A stretch of 62,152 nucleotides of DNA, filler included, from Ionaspis alba (lineage: Eukaryota): assembly GCA_964255285.1 (NCBI GenBank). It is 6 parts of 6 records of this genome, joined end to end, with 100 filler letters (N's around TTAATTAATTAA, not from the genome) between each part and the next. Parts side by side here need not be neighbours in the genome. Positions count along the whole stretch, not along the records: positions 1 to 10,373 come from CAXUUL010000610.1; 5 more parts are not named here. One strand, written 5' to 3'. The notes under the pieces are model-generated. The model saw only the letters and a list, made by a program, of their open reading frames with translations. It searched no databases and was not told the DNA's origin. Below are positions 1 to 10,473 of the stretch, piece by piece; within the stretch, counting starts at the first letter, position 1; each line of letters begins with the position of its first letter. The translations under genes were made by a program, and so were the position numbers.

Positions 1-522
1 CTCCCCCACCTCCCGCCCCACAGAGATCTACTCCATGCCTCCGAGCAGCATCCTCCACCGAGGCCAGACCTTCTTCGACAAGATCTATGGCAAAGTGGCG
101 AAGCGGGTGATGGGCCAGATGGATCGGTGCGGGACGGAGGATTTGGGACTGGCGGCCAGGTTGATGTATGGGTATTTGTTGAGCAATGAGGGGGTTTTGC
201 AGGCGGTGGAGACGAGTTGGGTGCTTTTGGCGGGGTTGGTGCCGCAGGATGTGAGTTTTGTTTGTTTTCTGGGTTTGGAAAGGGGAGGGGAGGGGAGAGG
301 ACAAGGGAAGAAAGGGCAATTTGCTAATGCGGGTGCTTCTGATAGGTGAATCCGCAACTCAAAGGCCATCTCAAGGGAGCATTAAATAATGGGGCTACGG
401 TTGAAGAGGTCAAGGCTGTGAGAGAGGTTGTGATTAAGATATGTGAGGCTTCGGGCATGACTAGACTGGAGGAGTCGGTACCGGGAGGTTGGGGATGGAG
501 AGGGGAGGTTGCGAATCTTTAG
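1..522 (+). CDS. 3' part of an AhpD/carboxymuconolactone decarboxylase-like protein (Pxp2-like, probably peroxisomal); 5'-truncated; intron 251-345
   Basis: Spliced translation ...LLAGLVPQD|VNPQLKGHLKGALNNGATVEEVKAVREVVIKICE...WGWRGEVANL* contains the AhpD-type QLxGHxxGALxxGAT motif. Intron is GTGAGT...GCTAAT...TAG. C-terminal -ANL is a PTS1-like tripeptide. Confidence 0.75.
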
Positions 523-3500
523 GTAGATGGATGTTTGGTGGTGAGATGGACGGACAAGGTTTGGGTTAGTGTACATATTGGTTTGGTGGTAGTGGATGGA
601 GTGGGTTGGGATGAATGTCGTTGTACCTTGTAGATATTTTGGGGTTGGTGGTGATAGTGGGGTTTGGTTTAAATGTACTGGTAATGGTACTTAAAGCGGG
701 GAGAAGATTGATGATTCTCTAAACGGTTGCGCCAGTGGTGAGAAGTTGGACGAGATAGTTAGTGGTCATTTTGCTCACTTGGAAGTGTGCGAGGGCCGAG
801 AGGTGGCTTGTGCTTGTGAAGAGGAGGCTGGAATAGACGGGAGCTTGTTGCCAAGATTTAGGGCTAGTTTGATAAACGAGGTCGATCGAGATCGGTCGAG
901 ATTGATTGTGTTTGGCGAGATGGCTGATTTGAGATTTGGGAGAAGGACCGGAGATAAGAGGATCTTGTGATCATTTGAGAAGCGTACATGGATGTCTTCT
1001 GGTCCTTGTTCTCATTCTTCGTTAGAGCGGTGATGATGAATAATAGTGATCATCATCGAGATCTGTCTTGAAAGGGCCATGTCAATAACGCCAACGCGAA
1101 CGACTGATGTGGGAGGTGGGAAGCAAGCATGTTTGTTTTGCTCTCGTCGTCAATAAATATTGAATAATGATATACCAAGTCTGTGTATCTTTTTCTCGTG
1201 TTCTCTTCTTCTTACGGCCGAAGCACTAAGTTTCCGAAGAACCCGGATGCTTGTGCAAATCAATCAATTCTCTTGAACCTAAGCTACCAGATATGATGGG
1301 CATGAGATCAAATCTGGATCGAGAACACATCTCGCCGTCCTGGTCCCATTCCCGGTGCAGAAGTGGTTCAGTTCGTCAATCCTAGCCAACTCTTCCTTCC
1401 CTTCCCCTTGGAACGCTTAGCACCCGCGCACAACACTGGGAAGTTACTTGGCGCTTTACCGGCAACGGGTAGAATATCCAAAGACAGAGATGGTGGGGTT
1501 TTGGTTGGTTGCTGGACTTTTGAAAGCTTTGACCAAAAACAGGGAGAGCCGCGGGGTTCTTCCGAAAAGAGTCTCTCAAAGCGCCAGTGGCTTGTTCTTG
1601 TGCACTGGAGCAGCAAAGCCGGAGGGCACGTCCGCCGCGCATAGTGTTTTCCATTGGCGAGGGAAGGGATGTCGGTGAACTTGATAGAGAGAGGCAGAGC
1701 GGGGAAGGCGGGTGGACAGGCAAAGGAAAAAACACAACTCTGGGCTTGTCCCGATGGATCGGTGAAGGTTGGGTGGGCAGGAATGAGGCGCCGTTCTGGA
1801 AAGTGTCATGGAACTCCCGGGTGTCTGGCTCGCGGGGCTTTTTTGGTGGAGGGTGAATGAAGAGGAGGAGCCCATGCTACTACCGTTGCTTACGCCCTGT
1901 CTCTTGGGTTAAAGGATTCTTTGGCTTCTGCTGACCTACCTTTGGTGTGAGTGAGGAAGGATGGGTCTGTCTGACTGCTGCCTTCTCGTGGCCTGGTGGC
2001 CACTCAGGCTACACCACGTTCTGCCAGCCTACTCACCGATAAGGAAGAAGGCAGCAGCCACCATTCCCGGAAAGTAGCTGAGGAAACTTGGCGGACGGGG
2101 AGATCTGCAGATTCTCGATGCGATAGTCAGAGACACGGAAGAGTGGTGAAGTCTGGGAAACTGGCGAACCAAACGTTCTTGCTTGCGCATGGTCTTTTCT
2201 TCATCGAGTTTTGTGTCAGGTCTGCTAGCCTTGGGTGTAGGTTTTGGTAGCGACTTCGACCATGAATATTGAGATAAGATGCAGCGGAGGAGACGAGCTT
2301 GAGAATAAGTTCCTCTCAGAAGTTCGTAAACTACCGAGCCAGATCTACTCCAGAAATGGGTGATAGAGGCGAGTGTCGGAGTTCTATGCTCTGGTTCTTC
2401 ACTATTTCCTTGTGCGCCCAGCCATCTCCACATTACTAACCCCTCATTCGAGAGGTTCTTGTGACCACAATTGCCAAGTTGCTTGGATATTTCTTGGTTC
2501 GTGGCTCACGAACCATTGACTCACTAGTCAACTCGACTGAAGAAAGAAATAACAATCGTCAAGAAAAGTGAATCTCACTAAACCAGAAGTTACCCCCCCA
2601 CTGGAACCATCGCATCGCATCGGGAATCGGGGATGCAACAAAAGTCTCTCGACGGCGTTCTCGTAGTCGCCGAAGCAAGAAGGCTTAGAGCCGTTAGCGC
2701 AACCACTCTATTTCCCTTTCCCGCCTAAAGGGTCTCGCCGAAAAGCGAAAAGAAGGCGGCCAGACAGACAGACAGACAAGACACACAAGAGCCTCGCGAC
2801 CATGTCCGACCGACGTATGGCAGGACTGGGATTACAGACAGAACAGTCCCACAGGGAAAGTGTGACAGACAGGCCACATAACCAAGCCTCTCATCTCCCA
2901 CTACTCGAGCCCTATGACTCCAGCATGCGTTATGGCTCGTGCTTTTTCACCGACTCTTGCCTCCCTTCTGCCATTGCACCCATAGGGCTGCCAGCAGGAA
3001 TGAACGGTCTGAACGGTGCATGCATCTACTGCATCTTGACAGTCATCCACACCTGCATCGCCGCACATCTTCCCCGTACACCATCCATTAATCAATCCGA
3101 ACTCGAGAGAGTTCGCCTATTCGGTGGAACCAATGACGCATCGTCCGCATCACATCGCATCGCGAGAAAGAATAATGCATCACATTGGCGCCTTGTGGTG
3201 GCCTTCGGGTTCGCCTTTTTTTCCCTCTCTACGCTGGTGGCCCTACGACTTTCTCCCCCTTGCCTTGTCAATTTAGGCTCATTATCATCATCATCAGACC
3301 GTTCGGGTCTTCCTATGATGCCTGTTGCCTGCGGAGGCGGTCCGCGGTGACAGATGACAGGATGTTGATTGCGCATGAAGGTTGCAACGACTGCTTCCTG
3401 TCTTGGTTTGCAACATGTTATTATTTTTTTCATATTTTCTGACTGTCCGGAATGTGCCTTTGCTTCTTGCGCTGTGAATGGACAGACAACAATAACATTC

Positions 3501-6387
3501 CATATTAGCGCAACGGCCGTAGCGTACGGTACGGTAAATACCAGCCCGGTTGTGGTTGTATTTCCTTTGGTGAGACGTTAAGAGTTGAGGAGATGAGGTA
3601 CATGAGGGTACATGGGACGATTCGGCGAATCAATCCGATCAATGGCAGATCATGAAGATGCCGTTGAAACAGGAGTCGACCGACTGTGCCATATATTCGC
3701 TTCGTCTGGGCCGGCAGAGATGCCACAGATCCTTCAGCCCTTCCAGCCCTTTCAAGCCCTACACAAGTACTCGAGCCATGAATGTAAAGAAAAACCAAAA
3801 AAAAAACCAGAGATGCAACGGGTATCCCCTGCGTGAAATTACGGCTCTCACTCGCACGTGAAGGATCGTCCCACATCCCGCACACTTGCTGCCCACACAC
3901 CCGACAGTGTGGACGAAAATCTGACAGGGACAAATGAAACGAAGGGATGGAAGGATTCCTAGGGGAGCAACACGCCCTATGCCTTGAATCTCGTGGCCGT
4001 CCCCATGTCTTTCTACGTCCATTGGCTACGAGGATTTCAATTCCGTAGTATCATCATTTCCCTGCCTCCCTTGAGATTGGTCAGTGTTGACTTCGTTCGT
4101 GTCGTCGATGACCACCTTCATGCACGTCCGTGCAAAAATTGGTTGCTCTTTTTGCAGGTACCTTTGGACACGGGGATACATTCTATCCGACCCAGACCAA
4201 TCAACTGCCCGACTGTTGAAAAGGTAAAGGGACTCTGCCAGGCCTTGCCGAGAGTTGACGTGGTGGTCAAGTACGGCGTGGCATGGTAGGGTCAAGGCAT
4301 GTTCACTTGTGCATTGATTCGACAGATATACAACAAGGCTAGACCACCGCGATGTCACCAACATCAGATTCATCTCATCGATGGTGAGGAAGGGGGAGCG
4401 AAAGGAGGTCATCGATAGATGGACCCCTTTCTTTATGCATCACTTTTCACGAGATGGCAAGGATCGTTCGACAGAATGACTGTATCAAAGTATGTAGTGT
4501 GTAGTGCGGTGAAGAATGGCATGCAGAGCAGAACAATGTCAGCAGCAGTGTCCTCGAGATCCACGGGGAACAGGATGACTGCATCTTGGAGGCTTGTGAT
4601 ACCGAAGAATAGAAGCATCGCAATTACTCATCCATCTGACAGACAACAGTGACAACACACCGACGAACGAACGAAGCGATCGAGGCAAGTAACAGAGTTG
4701 ACCGAACCGCTGGTACGATCATTGGACTACTAAAGTGATACTGTACTGTACATACCGCAAGCACCAACTAAACTTCAAATCCTTAAGCAGCGGTGTGGGT
4801 ATATTTGGTTTCGTCGGATTTGGGCACAAATCATCGTTTGGCGAGGTGCGGCGCAAGCATGCACTGCACTGCACTGCACACATCAAAGCAAAATGGGGAG
4901 CCCTGTCCACGAATAGAATTCATCCCGACACAGCCTCCAAATCTCATCGTGTTGCCCTACCGAGCCAACCAAAGCAGCCGCTGCTCCTTGAACCCTGCGC
5001 CATGAGCCGGAGCGAGATGGGGAGGATCTCTCGGGTTTGATTGGATGAGTGGCTGTCGGGGTCCCACTGGAGTGAACGTGCATGATGGCTTTCCTCTGCC
5101 CTGGTAACGGTCTAACCCGAATGGCAGTGACGGAAAAGGATAAGCGGCGATACGGGAGGCCAGGGGGGTGTGTGTGTGTTGAGTAGCGCAAGGCAGTCTT
5201 GGATTTTTGGGTTCTACTACTTGTCCCTACCCCTTCCCCCCTGGTCCCTACCCACACGCACTCCCACACCCACACCCTCCGACGACAAGCCTCGCTCTCT
5301 CCCCACTCCCACTCTCACCGCTCGAATGCCGGCTCCTTCGGCGGTGGAGCGAGCCTGCATTCTTGTGCATTCTTGTGCATTTCTCCCTACCTTCGGTCTC
5401 TCCAACCCCTGGACACGATCGTCTGCTCACCAAACACTCACCGATCAAGTCTCCCTTGATGAACGAACAGAATAGAGTCATCAGGCACAACCTCCACCAG
5501 TTTCATGCGACAAAGAGCGGAGTGAAAATGGCGGAGAAGAAGCTCGAACTCGAACAACTCGGCTAGCCTTGTCACTGCTCCTCCTGCTCCTCCTCCACCA
5601 CCACCACTTACCGGACGTACCGTCCATCCTTGCTCGCTAACTCCCTGACAGGACTAAGAGAAGTGTAAGTGAGTGAGAGAGAGATCATTGAGAGTAGTGA
5701 GAGACAAAACCAGTCACACATACATAGACCAAAGCTAAGCCCAACCCGCGCGATCGGCCAGGCCGGCGGAGGCATTTTCACCATCCCAGCCATTCTTGCC
5801 CTTCTTTCCCCCAAAAGTCGACATTGGCAGCGAACACCAAAGCGACCACAGTGTGTGTGCCTGCCCATAGGGCGACCGCCAGGATGCATCTACCGGGATG
5901 CGTGGGGAGACATGGGGCAGATGAACAGGGGCCCCCGTCCAAATCTTGTGCCCTCGAAACCCATTCAACCCCCCCCCGGCATTCCCTAAATGACTGTCTC
6001 GTTCTTGGGAGTGCTGGGCTGCTGGCTGCTGCTTGCTGCGCATGTGCTTTTCGACTATTACTACTTCGACCACAACCCACTACTACTATTACTATACTAT
6101 CCTATCCACTACCTATCACTACTACTACCACTACTCTCCCACTTCATTATAACCAGCATCATCCTCCCCCTCCTCATAGCTTTAAAGTCCGCCCCCAACC
6201 CACGCTGATCTCTGCCTTGTCTGTCTCACATCCACACCTCCTGTCCATCACTACCTCAAACGTCTTTTCCAATACCTTGATACCCGAGTGCCGGACAGCC
6301 CTCTGATCCTGCTACTACCCGCTTGAAACGTTTATCAATCTTGCTTCGGCCTCCTCGTCTCTACCTGCATCCCCGTCTCTGCTATTG

Positions 6388-6429
6388 ATGTCCTGTCGGT
6401 GTTGTACTTCCATCAGCGCTTTGCTATAA
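6388..6429 (+). promoter_or_regulatory. Upstream ORF (MSCRCCTSISALL*) in the putative leader of the C2H2 gene
   Basis: ATG at 6388, TAA at 6427-6429. It is the only ATG in exonic leader sequence between ~6050 and 6640. The transcription start is unknown. Confidence 0.45.
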
Positions 6430-6493
6430 AGTACTACGCGTCCCCTCCCCGTCCGGTCTGTTGACGGTTGCACTACTGCTCATATCACTTGAG

Positions 6494-6576
6494 GTATGTA
6501 TGCTCCCAGCCTTGTGTCGCAATCCCTATCCCCTCGAGCCTGTCTGTCTGAATGTCGCTGACCCGGCTGCTCACAG
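6494..6576 (+). other. 5'UTR intron of the C2H2 gene
   Basis: GAG|GTATGT donor at 6494, GCTGAC branch at 6557-6562, TCACAG acceptor ending at 6576, 63 nt before the ATG. Confidence 0.75.
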
Positions 6577-6639
6577 CTTCAGTCACCCGTTAGCCAACCC
6601 TATCCGTTCTACTGGCATCAGTCGTCCAGTGAAAAGGGC

Positions 6640-8970
6640 ATGGCTTTGGTCCAAAACAGCTTGAGTGATTTCGTGCTCTTCCCCCGAGACCAAACCTTCT
6701 TCGAGATGAACCAAGACGACAGCAACGCGCAGTTCCAATACTGCCTGAATCCAGACCTACAACAGGAGTTCGACATGAGCCAATCCACCTTCGACTCCTT
6801 CCAGGGTCTCAGTGCCTTCGCACCCACCGAACAAGCCTACTTTGAGACTCCGCAACTTGTGGTGAATGGTCCGAGGGATACTCTCAAACAACCACACCAG
6901 AGATACACACCTTTGGCATCTCCATCGCTCTCCGCATCGCACTCTCTCGATCATGCTCCTTCCAACTTGTCGCACAATTCCGGTACTTCGGGCCAGAGCA
7001 CAGCCTCATCGGCCGTAGGGTCACCGTACTCTCACACCACCCACAGCCTACCAGGTCAAGAGCCATGGATGAATCCGCCTCACGGCCTGGGCATCGCTCC
7101 AGGAATCGTTCACAACGAGTATGGGACCGAGTCGTTCACTTTCCAAGGTGAGGGCGACCAGCTCAACTACGACAACGTCAAGTTCCCCGATAGCTTCGTT
7201 GGTGAGTTCAACCAGGTTTCTTCGTCGTCAAACCTCGCCAACAGCCCTGTTATGTCTTCTCCTATTTCCTATTCTTCTTCTTCTTCAATGTCTCAGTCTC
7301 TTGTTTCTGCTGTTCCGTCTCCCAATCTGGCATTGGATACCGCGATGAAAGCCCGATCGGTCACTATCGATACCATCTTGGAGGAGATGGCTGGAAACAA
7401 TCACAATTCCGGCCATATGGCTTCTCCTGTTCCTGTTGCTTCGCCATCGGCACCTGCGACAATGCGGACTGCATCGGTTCGGCGCTCGAGATCACCGGAA
7501 CAAGCTGGCCTTGCATGCATTTCACCTACGACACCTGCTTCTGCGATGGCCCAATTGCCCGGTCGCAACAGCCATACATTCATATACCGTCCAGAGTCCC
7601 GGAAACGATCCATCGGAAGCGCCGAAGGCTCCTCCGTACACCAAGGAAGTCCACCTGTTTCGAAGCGACCGGCACCAACTCCCATCTCTCCCAACGAGGC
7701 GTACAGGACTCAATTTCAATCTCCTTTCTTTAGTCAAAGCAGTGGTCGATTTGTCGCTCCATTGCAATCATCTTGTTGGTTTCCTTATGCGTCCTTTCCT
7801 TTACACTTTATGAGGCATTCTGCTGAGAATACTCTACTTCTCTCTCCTATCTCATCTTTCATATTTTACTTGCTGTCAATAGATGCTAACAGCGATCAAT
7901 CAGATCCTTCCTTGATCCAGCCATACGATATGCCCGCTCCTCCACACGCGACTCCTTCTCCCTACCAAACAACACCACAGCAATTCCATCCAGCTCCTCA
8001 CATGTTCCAGCCACCCTCTCCAGCACTATCAGACGCGTCCAGCCAGGACTCATATCGCACTGGATCCAGACAATTCCGAAGCGGGAACCAGTCTCCTTAT
8101 CTCCACAACATGACCTACCAACCCTACCCACCACCAGCCCAAGGGCGCAGACCTTCAGTCAGCTCCTTGCATTCTCGCTACTCGTCTCACGGTAGCCCTC
8201 GCTCGGCAAGCCTTGGCTATGATGAGGAAGGCAAAGAGAGATGCCGTTGCCCCAATCCCGACTGCGGTCGCTACTTCAAGGATCTCAAGGCTCATATGTT
8301 GACACACCAATCGGAACGTCCCGAAAAATGTCCGATCGTCACTTGCGAGTACCATCAAAAGGGGTTCGCTCGCAAATACGACAAGAATAGGCACACCTTG
8401 ACCCATTACAAGGGTACAATGGTCTGTGGTTTTTGTCCTGGTGGAGGCTCTCCTGCTGAGAAGAGCTTCAACCGTGCGGACGTATTCAAGCGACATTTGA
8501 CATCGGTGCATGGTGTCGAGCAAACAGCCCCCAATAGCCGCAAGAAGAGCCCCGGTCTATCATCCTCCAAGAAGTCAACCACCTCCTCTCAAGAAGCCGC
8601 CGGCAAGTGCTCCACTTGTTCCGCCATGTTCAACAACGCGCAAGACCTCTACAATCATCTCGACGACTGCATCTACGCCCAGCTCGAAAACGAAGAACCA
8701 AGCGAAGCAATCAACGAACGCCGCCTCGCCGAAGTCGCCAACGACAAAGCCGTTCACGAGACCCTAGATCGGAACATGGTTTCTTCCTCTCTACCCTCCA
8801 GCACCGAGAGCGGCGCTGGTCTGGAGGAAGAAGACGAGGAAGAAGACGACGACGACGTCGACGAAGACGCCAACGACTCCACCTGGACAGGGCCAGGCGG
8901 CATTGGCTCTCGATCCGGCAAGGGCGGCATCAAATCCACCAAGCGTAACAACAACAACAATTCGAGTTGA
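6640..8970 (+). CDS. C2H2 zinc-finger transcription factor, form ending at the first stop; intron with acceptor 7903 and donor 7202 or 7775
   Basis: Fingers CPNPDC...HMLTH, CPIVTC...HTLTH and CGFC...HLTSVH, plus CSTC...HLDDC. S/P/Q-rich N-terminus and acidic tail. GCTAAC branch at 7885-7890 and CAG at 7901-7903. Confidence 0.9.
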   Translation: MALVQNSLSDFVLFPRDQTFFEMNQDDSNAQFQYCLNPDLQQEFDMSQSTFDSFQGLSAFAPTEQAYFETPQLVVNGPRDTLKQPHQRYTPLASPSLSASHSLDHAPSNLSHNSGTSGQSTASSAVGSPYSHTTHSLPGQEPWMNPPHGLGIAPGIVHNEYGTESFTFQGEGDQLNYDNVKFPDSFVGEFNQVSSSSNLANSPVMSSPISYSSSSSMSQSLVSAVPSPNLALDTAMKARSVTIDTILEEMAGNNHNSGHMASPVPVASPSAPATMRTASVRRSRSPEQAGLACISPTTPASAMAQLPGRNSHTFIYRPESRKRSIGSAEGSSVHQGSPPVSKRPAPTPISPNEAYRTQFQSPFFSQSSGRFVAPLQSSCWFPYASFPLHFMRHSAENTLLLSPISSFIFYLLSIDANSDQSDPSLIQPYDMPAPPHATPSPYQTTPQQFHPAPHMFQPPSPALSDASSQDSYRTGSRQFRSGNQSPYLHNMTYQPYPPPAQGRRPSVSSLHSRYSSHGSPRSASLGYDEEGKERCRCPNPDCGRYFKDLKAHMLTHQSERPEKCPIVTCEYHQKGFARKYDKNRHTLTHYKGTMVCGFCPGGGSPAEKSFNRADVFKRHLTSVHGVEQTAPNSRKKSPGLSSSKKSTTSSQEAAGKCSTCSAMFNNAQDLYNHLDDCIYAQLENEEPSEAINERRLAEVANDKAVHETLDRNMVSSSLPSSTESGAGLEEEDEEEDDDDVDEDANDSTWTGPGGIGSRSGKGGIKSTKRNNNNNSS

Positions 8971-9429
8971 CAATCAACACATCCCCGAGGTGTCGTCTCG
9001 TCGCACGTCGGGGGTGGCAACTCCAGCATCACCAAACCCCCTCGCCACTCCTCCTCCTCCTCCAATCCCCCAAGCACCAGCACCACCACCCGGCGCGTGG
9101 GGCTCACCTACTCCAAAGGCGGCGTCCCGCACGTAGCCAAGGGCCGCAAAAAACGCAAACATTACCCCGTCTCCTGGGGCTGTTCGGCCGACAACATGAA
9201 GATGAAGAAGCGCGTCATGTGTGTTTATGACGGGCAGCGCAGGCTGTGGAAGGATGAGATGATGCTGGATAATGAGTTTGAGGTGCGCATGCGCTTGGGT
9301 GAGGGGGGGGCCTATGTCACCGATTTGGATGTTGCGTGTTTGGAGAAGGCGGAGGCGTTGTTGGGTGCGACGGAGGAGGAGAAGGGACCTTGGGTGAGGG
9401 AGGATGAGGGGGGGAGGGAGATGGTTTGA
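8971..9429 (+). CDS. In-frame C-terminal extension of the C2H2 protein beyond TGA 8968-8970 (candidate stop-codon readthrough product, 152 codons)
   Basis: Same frame as 6640 with no stop until 9427-9429. Encodes GLTYSKGGVPHVAKGRKKRKHYPVSWG...KKRVMCVYDGQRRLWKDEMMLDNEFEVRMRL...YVTDLDV...ATEEEKGPW. T-rich 3'UTR-like sequence starts only after 9429. Confidence 0.7.
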   Translation, partial: QSTHPRGVVSSHVGGGNSSITKPPRHSSSSSNPPSTSTTTRRVGLTYSKGGVPHVAKGRKKRKHYPVSWGCSADNMKMKKRVMCVYDGQRRLWKDEMMLDNEFEVRMRLGEGGAYVTDLDVACLEKAEALLGATEEEKGPWVREDEGGREMV

Positions 9430-10373
9430 TGATGAGGTGATGGGTTTTGGGATTGAAATATCAACAAAAAAATGGGAGTGATGTGGGGGTGTACTACTAT
9501 TTGCTGTTTATTTGGTTTTTTTTTCTGGTTCTTGTTCAGCGATGTTTGTGGAGCGATTCAATTTTTTTTTCTTTTCTTTCGTCTTTGGACTACCTTTTAC
9601 AAAGCGGGTTTTGGATCTTGATGCCAGCTTCTTTGGATTTATGATCTTATGGCTTTCATGAAGGATATGCAATTGGAGGGAAATCTATTGTCTAATGAAA
9701 GAGAGAGAGGGTGTGTGAGAGAGAGAAGGGTTCGACATCAGCAAGCACCAGCGTCTGTCTTGTTGTTCTGCGCATTTGTTGTTGAGCTCAGATCGTGTAC
9801 TTTGTTACCATGGTCCGCGCCAGGGTTACTTGTTTAGTTTTAGTTTTTAGTTGTCAGGTGCCGGTCATCTAGTTCTGTCTATCTACTACTAGCTAGTTTA
9901 GAGAGGGAAAAGCGAAAGGTTGAAGAAAAAAAAACTACCTAATGTCTCTTATTACCAACCATCATAACTCTTGATGTTGAAGTCCACTGTGCGATTGCAT
10001 CACATCGCAGAGAACCCTAAAGCAATAGAAAAAATAGAAACAAACTTCCATCACCTCGGTCAGTCACACACTCGCATGCACACCAACAACAACGTCACCA
10101 TCCTAAATTTGTCACAATCCACTTGCATGCTCGTATGACCATCATCACCACGTTGTAAGATTCGTGGATGGGAGTAAGCTCGGTATCTTCCGCCAGGAAA
10201 CAAAAAGCTTGGCACTACTTTCGAGTTATTTTAAGAACTCGATCTAGTCATAAGGCTGGTCGCTCGCCGTGCACAGCCGCACGCCGTAGCCGCCGGCACT
10301 CCCGAAATAATGCGTCAAGGAAGTGGACAGGGGTACGCGTTGAGATAGCCGAGGGTACGCGTCGCGGTGTTCC

Positions 10374-10473
10374 NNNNNNNNNNNNNNNNNNNNNNNNNNN
10401 NNNNNNNNNNNNNNNNNTTAATTAATTAANNNNNNNNNNNNNNNNNNNNNNNNNNNNNNNNNNNNNNNNNNNN
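10374..10473. other. Artificial contig spacer (44N-TTAATTAATTAA-44N)
   Basis: N runs flank a linker with stops in all six frames. Confidence 0.98.

Noticed and set aside
3860..4700. Short ORFs that might be a transposon or secreted-protein relic
   Set aside because: No recognisable transposase, RT or other domain, no terminal repeats, and the frames do not join.
9097..9429. 110-aa ORF as an independent small gene
   Set aside because: Starts at GTG only 126 nt after the upstream stop and in the same frame, with no room for a promoter. Better explained as the readthrough extension.
10418..10429. Repeated TTAATTAATTAA palindrome at ~10.3 kb spacing
   Set aside because: Assembly linker with stops in all six frames; not biological.
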